This document shows positions 20,467 to 30,759 of a stretch of 32,525 nucleotides of DNA, piece by piece. The position numbers and the translations under genes are program-made. The notes under the pieces are model-generated. The model saw only the letters and a list, made by a program, of their open reading frames with translations. It ran no database searches and was not told where the DNA came from. The DNA is taken from the sequence record SRR31156797_506, one strand, 5' to 3'. Within the stretch, counting starts at the first letter, position 1; each line of letters opens with the position of its first letter.

Positions 20467-22031
20467 GCCACATCTCCCTGAATAAGGCTCTCTTTAATAT
20501 GATCTGGGACGATGTTCGCCATCATTAGACCCAATGTCTTTTCATCGGCTTGATCTGCTCGCAGTTCACCAACGATAGCCCCGTCAAATACGACCAGAAT
20601 TCGGTCGGCTAAGCTGAGGATTTCGTCAAGCTCTACCGAGACTAACAGTACCGCTTTGCCTGCATCACGGCTGGCAATAATTTGTTTATGTATGTACTCA
20701 ATTGCGCCGATGTCGACACCACGAGTTGGTTGTCCTACTAGTAAGACATCTGGGTTCTCTTCCATTTCACGTGCAATAACCAGTTTTTGTTGGTTACCAC
20801 CGGAGAAGTTTGCCGTTTTCAGATGAATATCGTTCGGGCGTACATCCCACTTATCCATGCTTTCCTGGCAGATTGTTGAGATGGCCTCTTTGTCTTGCAA
20901 CAAGCCTTTGTTGTATTTCGGCAAGTTGTGATAACCCAAGATATACGCTTCTTGAGCTTCAAATTTATTGATCAGACCTTGTTTGTGTCGATCTTCGGGG
21001 ATGTGGCCGACACCCATAGCTCTAACTTGCTGTGGATCGACGGGTGTGTCGACGGTGACCGTGTTTCCGTTCAGTTCAAAACTGCCTGACGTTGGTTTTA
21101 AGATCCCGGAAAGAAGAGATAAAATCTCAGATTGGCCATTACCAGAAACACCTGCAATACCGACCAGTTCACCAGCACGAACAGAGAAGCTGATATCTTT
21201 GACTCGCTTAACGCCACTGCTATCGACATAGCCTAAGTCGTTCACTTTAAGCAGTTCTTTGGTTGGTTTAGCTTCTGATTTATCGACTTTGAGGCGAACC
21301 TTACGACCAACCATCAGTTCAGCTAACTCTTCGCGATTGGTTTCAGCGGTTTTTACATCTGCGACCATTTGACCTTGGCGCATAACAGAAATGTTATCTG
21401 TGATGGCAAGAACTTCGCGCAGTTTGTGAGTGATGATAATGACCGTGGTCCCTTGGCTGCGTAGCTTATCCAGAATCGCGAATAGGTGGTCTGCCTCTTG
21501 AGGAGTGAGTACGCCTGTTGGTTCGTCGAGAATCAGCAGTTTCGCATCACGGTAAAGGGCTTTAAGGATTTCAACCCGTTGTTGTAAGCCTACAGGTAAG
21601 TCTCCAACAAGTGCATCTAAAGGCACATCCAAACCGTAGTCTTTCTCAATTTGAGTCAGTTTTTTTCTTGCGGCTTTTAAGCTGTCTTCTAGTTTCCAGC
21701 CAGTTTCAGCACCGAGCACAACGTTTTCTAATACGGTAAATGTGTCCACTAACATGAAATGTTGGTGCACCATACCAATACCTGAAGAGATGGCTTCTTG
21801 GGAGTTACTAGGACTATACGGTTTACCAGCGACAAACATGTCACCTGAGTTAGGATGATAAAAACCGTAGATGATGCTCATTAGGGTGGATTTGCCCGCA
21901 CCATTTTCACCTATAATGCCGTGAATCGTGCCGGATGGAACTTTTAAATCGATAGCTTTATTCGCGTGAACGGCACCAAAGCGTTTATCGATTTTTTTAA
22001 GTTCGATGGCGTAGTCTTGAGATTGCGTCAC
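20463..22031 (-). CDS. Nucleoside/sugar (CUT2) ABC transporter tandem ATPase
   Basis: GENGAGKST, LILDEPT, second domain GVSGNGQ, FSGGNQQK, QPTRGVDIGA; GTG start. Confidence 0.95.
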   Translation of the reverse strand: MTQSQDYAIELKKIDKRFGAVHANKAIDLKVPSGTIHGIIGENGAGKSTLMSIIYGFYHPNSGDMFVAGKPYSPSNSQEAISSGIGMVHQHFMLVDTFTVLENVVLGAETGWKLEDSLKAARKKLTQIEKDYGLDVPLDALVGDLPVGLQQRVEILKALYRDAKLLILDEPTGVLTPQEADHLFAILDKLRSQGTTVIIITHKLREVLAITDNISVMRQGQMVADVKTAETNREELAELMVGRKVRLKVDKSEAKPTKELLKVNDLGYVDSSGVKRVKDISFSVRAGELVGIAGVSGNGQSEILSLLSGILKPTSGSFELNGNTVTVDTPVDPQQVRAMGVGHIPEDRHKQGLINKFEAQEAYILGYHNLPKYNKGLLQDKEAISTICQESMDKWDVRPNDIHLKTANFSGGNQQKLVIAREMEENPDVLLVGQPTRGVDIGAIEYIHKQIIASRDAGKAVLLVSVELDEILSLADRILVVFDGAIVGELRADQADEKTLGLMMANIVPDHIKESLIQGDVA

Positions 22032-22251
22032 GTAAAAACTTCCTGAACTAGATTCTTATATTCAAATGAGTGCAATTAGAAACACCCAAATAAGTTATAC
22101 GCCGCTGTTGTGCAGCGGCGTATCTTCCCATTCAATTTAATCGAACAGTATTTGGCATGAACCAGGTTATTCCCCCAAGCTAGTTCAGCCAATACATCTA
22201 CTGTTGTTTCAAATTTTCTGGGTATCGTAAAACTAACAAAAAGCGTCTTTA

Positions 22252-23247
22252 TTAGTATTCACATTTGTTGTTTGACATGTAGTCGTGAACTTTGATCTTA
22301 CCCGCGATGATGTCAGCTTTTAGAGTATCCATGTAAGCTTTCATTTCGTCAGTGATCAGAGACTTGTTATTGTCATCGTAAGCCCAGTCAACCGCATTTT
22401 CTTTCAGACCAAGAGCTTTGATACCTGGTTGCCAAGTACCATTCATCTCTTCTTTCCAAGTTTCAACGGATGCAGCACCAACCAGTTTCACCATTGAAGT
22501 CAGCATAGTACCTGGTTGTAGGTGGTTTTGGTTTGAGTCAACACCAATCGCTAGTTTACCCGCATCTTTTGCTGCTTGGTAAACACCCATACCAGTACCG
22601 CCAGCTGCCGCGTAAACAACATCTACGCCTTTAGAAAACTGTGATTTAGCCAGTTCTGAACCTTTCGCTGGGTCAGCAAATGCAGCAGGTGTTGAACCTG
22701 TCATGTTTTGTAGCACAGTGATGCTTGGGTTTGCGTATTTCGCGCCTTGCTCATAGCCACACTGGAACTTACGAATAAGAGGAATATCCATACCGCCAAC
22801 GAAGCCAACAGCAGCAGATTTAGAAGCTTTAGCAGCAAGCGCACCAACAAGGAATGAGCCTTCGTGCTCTTTGAAAACGATAGATTGTACGTTTGGCTTA
22901 TCAACCACAGAGTCAATGATAGTGAAGTGAATATCTGGGAACTCAGTCGCCACTTTCTCTACCGCTGATGCCATGTTGAAACCCACCGCTACGATAGGGC
23001 TGAAACCGCGGCTAGCAAGACGACGCAAACCTTGCTCACGTTGTGCTTCGTTTTGAGGTTCAAATTCACGAACTTTTACACCTTCTTCAGCCATGACTTT
23101 TACGCCATTCTGGTAAACGGCTTCGTTAAATGATTTATCGAATTTACCAGCTGTGTCATAAATTACGGCAGGTTTAGCATCTGCAAAAGCGTTAAATGAA
23201 GAGATCGCTAAAGCAAGTGTGGAGATTTTTAGAATAGTCTTTTTCAC
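22252..23247 (-). CDS. BMP/PnrA-family substrate-binding protein (probably purine nucleosides)
   Basis: DKSFNE, FKEHEGSFLVG, GFVGGM, YAAAGGTGMG, IGVDSNQ, LTSMVK; probable GTG start 23247; SPase I-type signal (AFA-D), no lipobox. Confidence 0.92.
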   Translation of the reverse strand: MKKTILKISTLALAISSFNAFADAKPAVIYDTAGKFDKSFNEAVYQNGVKVMAEEGVKVREFEPQNEAQREQGLRRLASRGFSPIVAVGFNMASAVEKVATEFPDIHFTIIDSVVDKPNVQSIVFKEHEGSFLVGALAAKASKSAAVGFVGGMDIPLIRKFQCGYEQGAKYANPSITVLQNMTGSTPAAFADPAKGSELAKSQFSKGVDVVYAAAGGTGMGVYQAAKDAGKLAIGVDSNQNHLQPGTMLTSMVKLVGAASVETWKEEMNGTWQPGIKALGLKENAVDWAYDDNNKSLITDEMKAYMDTLKADIIAGKIKVHDYMSNNKCEY

Positions 23248-23867
23248 TGTTATATACCTATATTGCAATACCACTGTACTGAAGTTAAATATCCATATAT
23301 TGAATACATTGAAGCTGAACTGGTTTGATCGTGTATAAGTTTATCGTTTGCGCTGCAAAATAAAATCGAATACCTCACACCAAATCACATTTTTTTTCCT
23401 TCCGATAAAATAGCTAATTAGTTATGTTTCAAAAATGTTAATTAATGAGTTCCAATCTTCATCGATCTCACTATTTTTGTGATTTCACTCACCAAGTTAG
23501 TGCAAAAAATATGTCTGAAGTAAATTGTGAACCTCTGTAATTCAAAACCAATGCTTCTAAGCAAATGCCAAGCCAATCTAATTTACTGCGGTAGACAATA
23601 AAGATGTGCTGTGGATCTACATTTGTGTTCAGGATGAATGAAAGATGTAATGTTTTATTGTGATGCAAGGCGCAAATTTTTGTTTAGTATTAAATCAAAT
23701 CTTAGTCGCAAAATTGTAAATAAAGTCGGCTATCGTGCTGTTAAGTTCGTCCAATGTGCCTGTTTCTTTTTGTAGCAAACGGTTGCTGGCTTTTTGCATG
23801 AATGGACTACAATTTGTTGGTGGTATGTTGCCTTTTCTGACAAAAAAGCTGCCAATTGCCTTTTATT

Positions 23868-23962
23868 TGTGAGTTATGTCTTGTTTTTAAATGCAACCTG
23901 TAGGTATTACCTAAAAATGCGTGATGTATGTATTACTTTTTTATTTGGTAGATGCGTATAAT
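23868..23962 (+). promoter_or_regulatory. nupC promoter with two CRP-like sites 52 bp apart flanking a CytR-like half site
   Basis: TGTGA-N6 (23868-23883), CGTGA-N6 (23920-23935), aatgcaac (23890-23897), TATAAT 23957-23962; centres near -93.5 and -41.5. Confidence 0.7.
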
Positions 23963-24025
23963 CCACTCCCGAAAACAACCCAATGTTTAACACGCCAAAT
24001 TAAACTTATAAGGAAGCCATAAACT

Positions 24026-25300
24026 ATGAGCCTGTTTATGAGCCTAGTCGGTATGGTAGTTCTAATTGCAATTGCAGTTTTACTATCTAGCAACCGCAAA
24101 GCTATTAACTTACGAACTGTGGGTGGCGCTTTTGCTATCCAATTTGCACTAGGTGCATTTGTACTATACGTCCCATGGGGCCGCGATCTACTTGCTGGTT
24201 TCTCTAACGGGGTATCTAACGTTATTAACTACGGTAATGACGGCACATCTTTCTTATTCGGTGGTCTTGTTTCTGACAAGATGTTCGAAGTGTTCGGTGG
24301 CGGTGGTTTCATCTTCGCTTTCCGTGTTCTTCCTACACTAATCTTCTTCTCTGCACTTATCTCAGTTCTTTACTACCTAGGCATTATGCAATGGGTAATC
24401 AAGATTCTTGGTGGTGGTCTGCAGAAAGCTCTTGGTACATCTCGCGCGGAATCTATGTCTGCAGCAGCTAACATTTTCGTTGGTCAAACTGAAGCTCCAT
24501 TGGTAGTTCGTCCGTTTGTTCCAAAAATGACCCAATCTGAGCTGTTTGCAGTAATGTGTGGTGGCTTGGCTTCTGTTGCTGGTGGTGTTCTTGCGGGTTA
24601 CGCATCAATGGGTGTACCTCTAGAGTACCTAGTTGCAGCATCATTCATGGCAGCTCCGGGTGGTCTACTATTCGCTAAGATTCTTTTCCCTGAGACGGAC
24701 AAGCCTCACGAAGACTTTGCTGAAGCATTGGACGGTGGTGATGACAAACCAGCTAACGTTATCGACGCAGCGGCTGGCGGTGCGGCAGCAGGTCTACAAC
24801 TAGCGCTAAACGTTGGTGCAATGCTAATCGCATTCATCGGTCTAATCGCTCTTCTAAACGGTGTCCTTGGTGGCGTTGGTGGTTGGTTCGGTATGCCTGA
24901 ACTAACTCTAGAGCTTCTACTAGGTTGGGTTTTTGCTCCTCTAGCATTCGTTATCGGTGTGCCATGGGAAGAAGCAACCATTGCGGGTTCATTCATTGGT
25001 CAGAAGACTATTGTGAACGAGTTCGTAGCTTACCTGAACTTCGTGCCATACGTAGGTGAAAATGCGCAAGTTATTGCGGCAACGGGTCAAGTGATGTCTG
25101 AGAAGACTCAAGCAATCATCTCATTCGCACTATGTGGTTTCGCGAACCTATCTTCTATCGCGATTCTATTAGGTGGCCTAGGTAGCTTAGCTCCAAACCG
25201 CCGTGGTGATATCGCACGTATGGGTATCAAAGCAGTTATTGCTGGTACGCTATCTAACTTGATGGCAGCAACAATTGCTGGCTTCTTCATCTCTTTCTAA
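24026..25300 (+). CDS. nupC: Concentrative Na+/nucleoside transporter (CNT/NupC family)
   Basis: [39 protein letters not shown]; upstream of the deo operon. Confidence 0.95.
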   Translation: MSLFMSLVGMVVLIAIAVLLSSNRKAINLRTVGGAFAIQFALGAFVLYVPWGRDLLAGFSNGVSNVINYGNDGTSFLFGGLVSDKMFEVFGGGGFIFAFRVLPTLIFFSALISVLYYLGIMQWVIKILGGGLQKALGTSRAESMSAAANIFVGQTEAPLVVRPFVPKMTQSELFAVMCGGLASVAGGVLAGYASMGVPLEYLVAASFMAAPGGLLFAKILFPETDKPHEDFAEALDGGDDKPANVIDAAAGGAAAGLQLALNVGAMLIAFIGLIALLNGVLGGVGGWFGMPELTLELLLGWVFAPLAFVIGVPWEEATIAGSFIGQKTIVNEFVAYLNFVPYVGENAQVIAATGQVMSEKTQAIISFALCGFANLSSIAILLGGLGSLAPNRRGDIARMGIKAVIAGTLSNLMAATIAGFFISF

Positions 25301-25338
25301 TTTGATTTAGAGAACGATTTATAGACGCCATTTAATTT

Positions 25339-25374
25339 CACCCCGTAGCAAGAATATTGCTGCGGGGTGTTTTT
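25339..25374 (+). terminator. nupC intrinsic terminator
   Basis: caccccgtagcaa-gaata-ttgctgcggggtg-ttttt. Confidence 0.9.
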
Positions 25375-25529
25375 GTTTTTCAGAGCATAGAAAACTCGTT
25401 ATTTACGGTATCGTTTGCTTGGAAAGCCTTGTTACTCAAGGGTGTAGGAAACTGTACATTTTTTGAGATACAAACCGTTTGCGCTCCTATTCGGACTACA
25501 GTTTTGTGATAAATATCTATACTGTATTC

Positions 25530-25830
25530 ACTGCCGAGGGAAGTATGCGGAATATGAATACGACGTAGGACGTAAAGTTTCGGATAAACCAGTTTATACG
25601 TCGTAAAATGTGGGGCATTGGTATTGCCCAGAATTTTTGAGACACCGCAATCACAGATTGTTGTGCCATAGGCCCTAATGGGTACTGTGCGGTGACAAGG
25701 ATAGCAATTGGCGACTATTTTAGTCACCGAGTCTTCAGGGAACCAAGTCCGTTCATTTGTAACTATCAATTGAGACGTATGGTCGTCTTTTTGATAGAAA
25801 ACTAATTGAATATACTTATCGGAGTTAGAA
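25530..25830 (+). ncRNA. Candidate structured 5' leader (or sRNA) upstream of deoC
   Basis: TATACT at 25518-25523 followed by at least five stem-loops found by eye (see findings); no known family recognised. Confidence 0.5.
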
Positions 25831-26610
25831 ATGAGCGATTTAAAAGCAGCAGCACTACGTGCACTTAAACTGATGGATTTAACGACACTGAATGACGATG
25901 ATACGGATGCGAAAGTTATCCAACTTTGTCATGATGCAAAGAGCCCAGTAGGCAACACAGCTGCGATTTGTATTTACCCTCGCTTTATTCCTATTGCTAA
26001 GAAGACCCTACGCGAACAAGGTACTCCTGAAGTACGTATCGCAACTGTAACTAACTTCCCTCACGGTAATGATGACGTAGAAATTGCGGTTGCTGAAACA
26101 AAAGCAGCAGTCGCATACGGTGCAGACGAAGTAGACGTAGTTTTCCCTTATCGTGCGCTTATCGCTGGTAATGAGAAAGTAGGTTTTGACTTGGTTAAGC
26201 AATGTAAAGAAGCGTGTGGTTCAGATGTTCTACTGAAAGTCATCATCGAAACGGGTGAACTTAAAGAAGAAGCACTTATCAAGAAAGCTTCACAAATCTG
26301 TATCGAAGCGGGTGCAGACTTCATCAAAACTTCAACAGGTAAAGTGCCAGTAAACGCAACACCTGAATATGCACGTATGATGCTAGAAGTGATTCGCGAT
26401 ATGAACGTTGCAGAAACTGTCGGTTTCAAACCTGCGGGTGGTGTTCGTACAGCAGAAGATGCGCGTGATTACCTAGCAATGGCTGATGAAATCCTAGGTG
26501 ACAACTGGGTTGATAGCCGTCACTACCGTTTCGGTGCGTCAAGCCTGCTAACTAACCTATTAAATACATTAGAAGTAACAGACGAAACAGCTGATCCAGC
26601 AGCTTACTAA
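25831..26610 (+). CDS. deoC: Deoxyribose-phosphate aldolase
   Basis: [27 protein letters not shown], Schiff-base [26 protein letters not shown]. Confidence 0.98.
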   Translation: MSDLKAAALRALKLMDLTTLNDDDTDAKVIQLCHDAKSPVGNTAAICIYPRFIPIAKKTLREQGTPEVRIATVTNFPHGNDDVEIAVAETKAAVAYGADEVDVVFPYRALIAGNEKVGFDLVKQCKEACGSDVLLKVIIETGELKEEALIKKASQICIEAGADFIKTSTGKVPVNATPEYARMMLEVIRDMNVAETVGFKPAGGVRTAEDARDYLAMADEILGDNWVDSRHYRFGASSLLTNLLNTLEVTDETADPAAY

Positions 26611-26710
26611 TTCTCTGTTTTATAAGATGGCGCTAAGCGCCATCTTCATTTCTGAATAGCAAAAACCATAGTGGCTTATTTGATTAGATAAGGTCGCTAG
26701 GGAGGCACTA

Positions 26711-28039
26711 ATGTATTTACCTCAAGAAATTATTCGTAGAAAACGTGATGGTGAAATCCTAACGGCAGAAGAGATTAACTTCTTCATTCAGGGTGTTGCC
26801 AAAAATACGGTTTCTGAAGGACAAATTGCAGCTTTCGCAATGGCTGTATTCTTCCGTGAAATGACGATGCCAGAACGTATCGCACTGACCTGTGCAATGC
26901 GTGATTCAGGTATGGTGATTGACTGGAGTCACATGAACTTCGACGGACCGATTGTTGATAAGCATTCTACTGGTGGGGTGGGTGACGTAACTTCGCTGAT
27001 GCTAGGCGCGATGGTCGCAGCATGCGGTGGTTATGTTCCGATGATCTCTGGTCGTGGACTGGGTCATACAGGCGGCACGCTCGATAAGCTAGAGTCAATC
27101 CCGGGCTACAACATCACGCCAACCAATGAAGTGTTTGGTCAAGTGACTAAGCAGGCGGGTGTAGCAATTATTGGTCAGACAGGTGATTTAGCACCTGCTG
27201 ATAAGCGTGTGTATGCGACTCGTGATATTACAGCAACGGTGGATAACATTTCACTGATCACGGCATCGATCCTATCTAAGAAATTAGCGGCTGGTCTTGA
27301 GTCACTCGTAATGGACGTGAAAGTGGGTTCTGGTGCATTCATGCCAACTTACGAAGCCTCTGAAGAGCTTGCAAAATCTATCGTAGCCGTTGCTAACGGC
27401 GCGGGCACGAAGACAACTGCAATTTTAACTGATATGAATCAGGTTTTGGCTTCATCGGCGGGTAATGCTGTGGAAGTTCGTGAAGCGGTTCGTTTCTTGA
27501 CGGGTGAATACCGTAACCCTCGTTTGCTTGAAGTTACCATGGCTTCGTGCGCAGAAATGTTAGTGCTGGGTAAGCTGGCGAAAGACAGCTCTGAAGCGCG
27601 TCAGAAGCTGCAAGCGGTACTGGATAACGGTCAGGCTGCTGAGCGTTTTGGCAAGATGGTTTCAGGTCTTGGTGGTCCAACGGACTTCGTTGAAAATTAC
27701 GACAACTATCTGGATAAAGCACAAATCATTAAACCCGTGTTCGCACAGCAAAGCGGTATTGTTTCATCCATGGATACACGTGCTATCGGTATGGCTGTTG
27801 TTGGTATGGGTGGCGGTCGCCGTGTAGCAACCGATACTATCGACTATGCTGTTGGTTTTGATGATTTTATTCGCCTTGGTGAAACAGCAGATAACAGCAA
27901 ACCACTTGCGGTTATTCATGCTCGTGATGAACAGCAGTGGCAAGAAGCGGCTAACGCACTACAAAGTGCAATTAAAGTCGGTGGCGAGTATGTAGCAACG
28001 CCTGACGTTTACCGTCAAATTCGTGCAGAAGACGTGTAA
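26711..28039 (+). CDS. deoA: Thymidine phosphorylase
   Basis: [36 protein letters not shown]. Confidence 0.98.
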   Translation: MYLPQEIIRRKRDGEILTAEEINFFIQGVAKNTVSEGQIAAFAMAVFFREMTMPERIALTCAMRDSGMVIDWSHMNFDGPIVDKHSTGGVGDVTSLMLGAMVAACGGYVPMISGRGLGHTGGTLDKLESIPGYNITPTNEVFGQVTKQAGVAIIGQTGDLAPADKRVYATRDITATVDNISLITASILSKKLAAGLESLVMDVKVGSGAFMPTYEASEELAKSIVAVANGAGTKTTAILTDMNQVLASSAGNAVEVREAVRFLTGEYRNPRLLEVTMASCAEMLVLGKLAKDSSEARQKLQAVLDNGQAAERFGKMVSGLGGPTDFVENYDNYLDKAQIIKPVFAQQSGIVSSMDTRAIGMAVVGMGGGRRVATDTIDYAVGFDDFIRLGETADNSKPLAVIHARDEQQWQEAANALQSAIKVGGEYVATPDVYRQIRAEDV

Positions 28040-28058
28040 TTCAGGTGAGGAAAAAGTG

Positions 28059-29279
28059 ATGAAAAGAGCATTTATTTTAGTATTAGATTCATTTGGTATT
28101 GGCGAAACTGCAGACGCAAAAGATTTTGGCGATGTGGGTGCGGATACATTAGGTCACATTGCTGATCAATGTGAAAACGGTTTGGCGGATAACGCAGATC
28201 GTAAAGGCCCACTAACACTCCCAAACCTGTCAAAACTCGGTTTGGCGATGGCACATAAAGAGTCTACCGGTCGTTTCGCACCAGGCCTTGATGAAAACGC
28301 AGACATCATTGGTGCATACGGTCACGCCGCTGAGCTTTCTTCTGGTAAAGACACCCCGTCTGGTCACTGGGAAATTGCAGGTGTACCTGTGTTGTTCGAC
28401 TGGGGTTACTTCAGTGACAAGCAAAACAGTTTCCCTAAAGAGCTGACTGATCGCATTCTTGCTCGCGCAGGTCTGGATGATTACTTAGGTAACTGCCATG
28501 CTTCAGGCACTCAAGTTCTTGATGATTTAGGTGAAGAACATATGAAGACAGGTAAGCCTATCTTCTATACTTCAGCTGACTCAGTATTCCAAATTGCTTG
28601 TCACGAAGAGACATTCGGTCTGGACCGTCTATTAGAGCTTTGCCAAATTGCTCGTGAAGAGCTGGCTGATTACAACATCGGTCGTGTGATTGCTCGTCCA
28701 TTTGTTGGCGCTGGTAAAGGTCAGTTTGAGCGTACAGGTAACCGTCGTGATCTTTCTGTTGAGCCACCTTCAGCAACTGTGTTGCAAAAGCTGGTTGAAG
28801 AGAAGCAAGGTAATGTGGTGTCTATTGGTAAGATCGCTGACATCTACGCAAACTGCGGTATCACTCAGAAAGTAAAAGCGACCGGCATTCCGGCTTTGTT
28901 TGAAGCAACACTAGAGCAGATCCAAAAAGCAGGCGATGACACGATTGTCTTCACTAACTTTGTTGATTTTGACTCTGCATACGGTCACCGTCGTGACGTT
29001 GCTGGTTATGCCGCAGCATTAGAATATTTCGATAAGCGTCTGCCTGAAGTTCTAGAATTAATGCAGGAAGATGATGTGTTAATTCTAACGGCTGACCACG
29101 GCTGTGATCCAACATGGCAAGGCACAGACCATACACGTGAGCACATCCCTGTGATTGTTTACGGTAAAAAAGTGGCTCCGGGGTCACTGGGCCGTCGCGA
29201 GACATTTGCCGATATAGGTCAAAGCTTGGCGACTTACTTTGGTATTTCGCCAATGGAATACGGTAAGAACTTTTTGTAA
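28059..29279 (+). CDS. deoB: Phosphopentomutase
   Basis: [53 protein letters not shown]; start moved to ATG 28059. Confidence 0.98.
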   Translation: MKRAFILVLDSFGIGETADAKDFGDVGADTLGHIADQCENGLADNADRKGPLTLPNLSKLGLAMAHKESTGRFAPGLDENADIIGAYGHAAELSSGKDTPSGHWEIAGVPVLFDWGYFSDKQNSFPKELTDRILARAGLDDYLGNCHASGTQVLDDLGEEHMKTGKPIFYTSADSVFQIACHEETFGLDRLLELCQIAREELADYNIGRVIARPFVGAGKGQFERTGNRRDLSVEPPSATVLQKLVEEKQGNVVSIGKIADIYANCGITQKVKATGIPALFEATLEQIQKAGDDTIVFTNFVDFDSAYGHRRDVAGYAAALEYFDKRLPEVLELMQEDDVLILTADHGCDPTWQGTDHTREHIPVIVYGKKVAPGSLGRRETFADIGQSLATYFGISPMEYGKNFL

Positions 29280-29363
29280 TTGCTTTTGGGGGTCTATAGA
29301 GCCCCAATAATCATTTTGGTAAAGGCGTTTTGTAAATGCCTAACATCATAAGGAATCAAATAA

Positions 29364-30089
29364 ATGGCAACTCCTCACATTAATGCTGAAATGGGTGATT
29401 TCGCGGACGTAGTACTGATGCCGGGTGATCCACTACGAGCTAAGTACATCGCTGAAAACTTCTTAGAAGATGTAGTTCAAGTGTGTGACGTGCGTAATAT
29501 GTACGGTTTCACTGGTACTTATAAAGGTCGTAAGATCTCAGTGATGGGGCACGGTATGGGGATCCCATCTTGTTCTATTTACGTGACAGAGCTAATCAAA
29601 GATTACGGTGTGAAGAAAATTATCCGTGTGGGTAGTTGTGGTGCTGTAAACGAAGATATTAAAGTGCGTGATGTTGTTATCGGCATGGGTGCTTGTACTG
29701 ACTCTAAAGTTAACCGTATTCGTTTTAAAGATCATGACTTTGCTGCCATTGCAGATTATAAAATGGTGAAAGCGGCTGAAGAAGCAGCGAAAGCTCGCGG
29801 TATCGACGTTAAAGTGGGTAACCTGTTCTCTGCGGAACTGTTTTACACGCCAGATCCATCAATGTTCGATGTTATGGACAAATACGGCATCGTTGGTGTT
29901 GAAATGGAAGCGGCTGGTATCTATGGTGTTGCTGCTGAATATGGTGCAAAAGCGTTAGCGATTTGTACGGTTTCAGACCATATTAAAACCGGTGAAGCGA
30001 CAAGTTCAGAAGAGCGTCAAAACACGTTCAATGAAATGATGCTGATTGCGCTAGATTCAGTGATAATTGGTGACCAAGAGGGTTACTAA
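29364..30089 (+). CDS. deoD: Purine nucleoside phosphorylase
   Basis: [41 protein letters not shown]. Confidence 0.98.
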   Translation: MATPHINAEMGDFADVVLMPGDPLRAKYIAENFLEDVVQVCDVRNMYGFTGTYKGRKISVMGHGMGIPSCSIYVTELIKDYGVKKIIRVGSCGAVNEDIKVRDVVIGMGACTDSKVNRIRFKDHDFAAIADYKMVKAAEEAAKARGIDVKVGNLFSAELFYTPDPSMFDVMDKYGIVGVEMEAAGIYGVAAEYGAKALAICTVSDHIKTGEATSSEERQNTFNEMMLIALDSVIIGDQEGY

Positions 30090-30118
30090 GCTTTTATAAT
30101 CGCTTTAATCATCTAGAA

Positions 30119-30160
30119 ATCCGAGTGTGTTCAAACGATCGCGCTCGGATTTTTTTATTT
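30119..30160 (+). terminator. deoD terminator
   Basis: atccgagtg...cgctcggat followed by a T-tract. Confidence 0.75.
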
Positions 30161-30237
30161 GCTAGAGGCTCAGAAGATTAAGTCCATCATTGATCAGGAT
30201 ATGAACTGGCGGATGGCAGTATTTAGCTTGAGTTAAT

Positions 30238-30615
30238 TTATCCTTCGACACTATCGCCAAGGTCAACCAAATGCTCTAGTTCTCTATGGAGTAGATCGTC
30301 GCTACCCACGTTGAGTTCCACTAAACGGCGTAAATGCCCGACACTTTCAATATCAATATGATCGATTTGAAGGTGTAGGATTCGCTCTATCTGGTTAATT
30401 AAAGTTGCTGATAAGCTGATAGTGACATCGCTGTCTGGGAGAGTGAAACTGACATCGATTAAGCGATCTTTGACTAACTCAGGTTCATCGACAGCCCATA
30501 ATAATAAGCCATGAAGGGATAGATCCTGAATACAAGTTGTGAGCTGATAATCACCTTGTTTTAACGTTGCTGGTGCTTGATAAATGATGCGTGAAAAACG
30601 TCGGCGTTCAATCAT
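30238..30615 (-). CDS. Stand-alone PilZ-domain (c-di-GMP-binding) protein
   Basis: RxxxR (ERRRFSR) and DxSxxG (DLSLHG) motifs; ATG 30615 with GGAG upstream. Confidence 0.9.
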   Translation of the reverse strand: MIERRRFSRIIYQAPATLKQGDYQLTTCIQDLSLHGLLLWAVDEPELVKDRLIDVSFTLPDSDVTISLSATLINQIERILHLQIDHIDIESVGHLRRLVELNVGSDDLLHRELEHLVDLGDSVEG

Positions 30616-30719
30616 AAGTGTATCTCTCCGGAATCCTATTCCAAAAGCATAGCAAAGGATAGGGTATTGAACAGAAACTTGATTCACGAATCTTTGCCCG
30701 TGTCTTGTTTTAAGGATAT

Positions 30720-30744
30720 AAAAAGGCCGCTGTAACAGCGGCCT
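30720..30744 (-). terminator. ettA terminator
   Basis: aggccgctg-taa-cagcggcct with the A-run giving a minus-strand U-tract. Confidence 0.85.
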
Positions 30745-30759
30745 GAAAGGTATCTAGAA

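Noticed and set aside
25643-25694. Assignment of the three-way junction as a purine or 2'-deoxyguanosine riboswitch
   Set aside because: Lacks the conserved junction and kissing-loop nucleotides of that class; kept only as an unclassified candidate
25380-25769. 129-aa minus-strand ORF between nupC and deoC
   Set aside because: TTG start, no clear RBS, no recognisable motif; it is antisense to the deoC promoter/leader, and the stem-loops explain the region better
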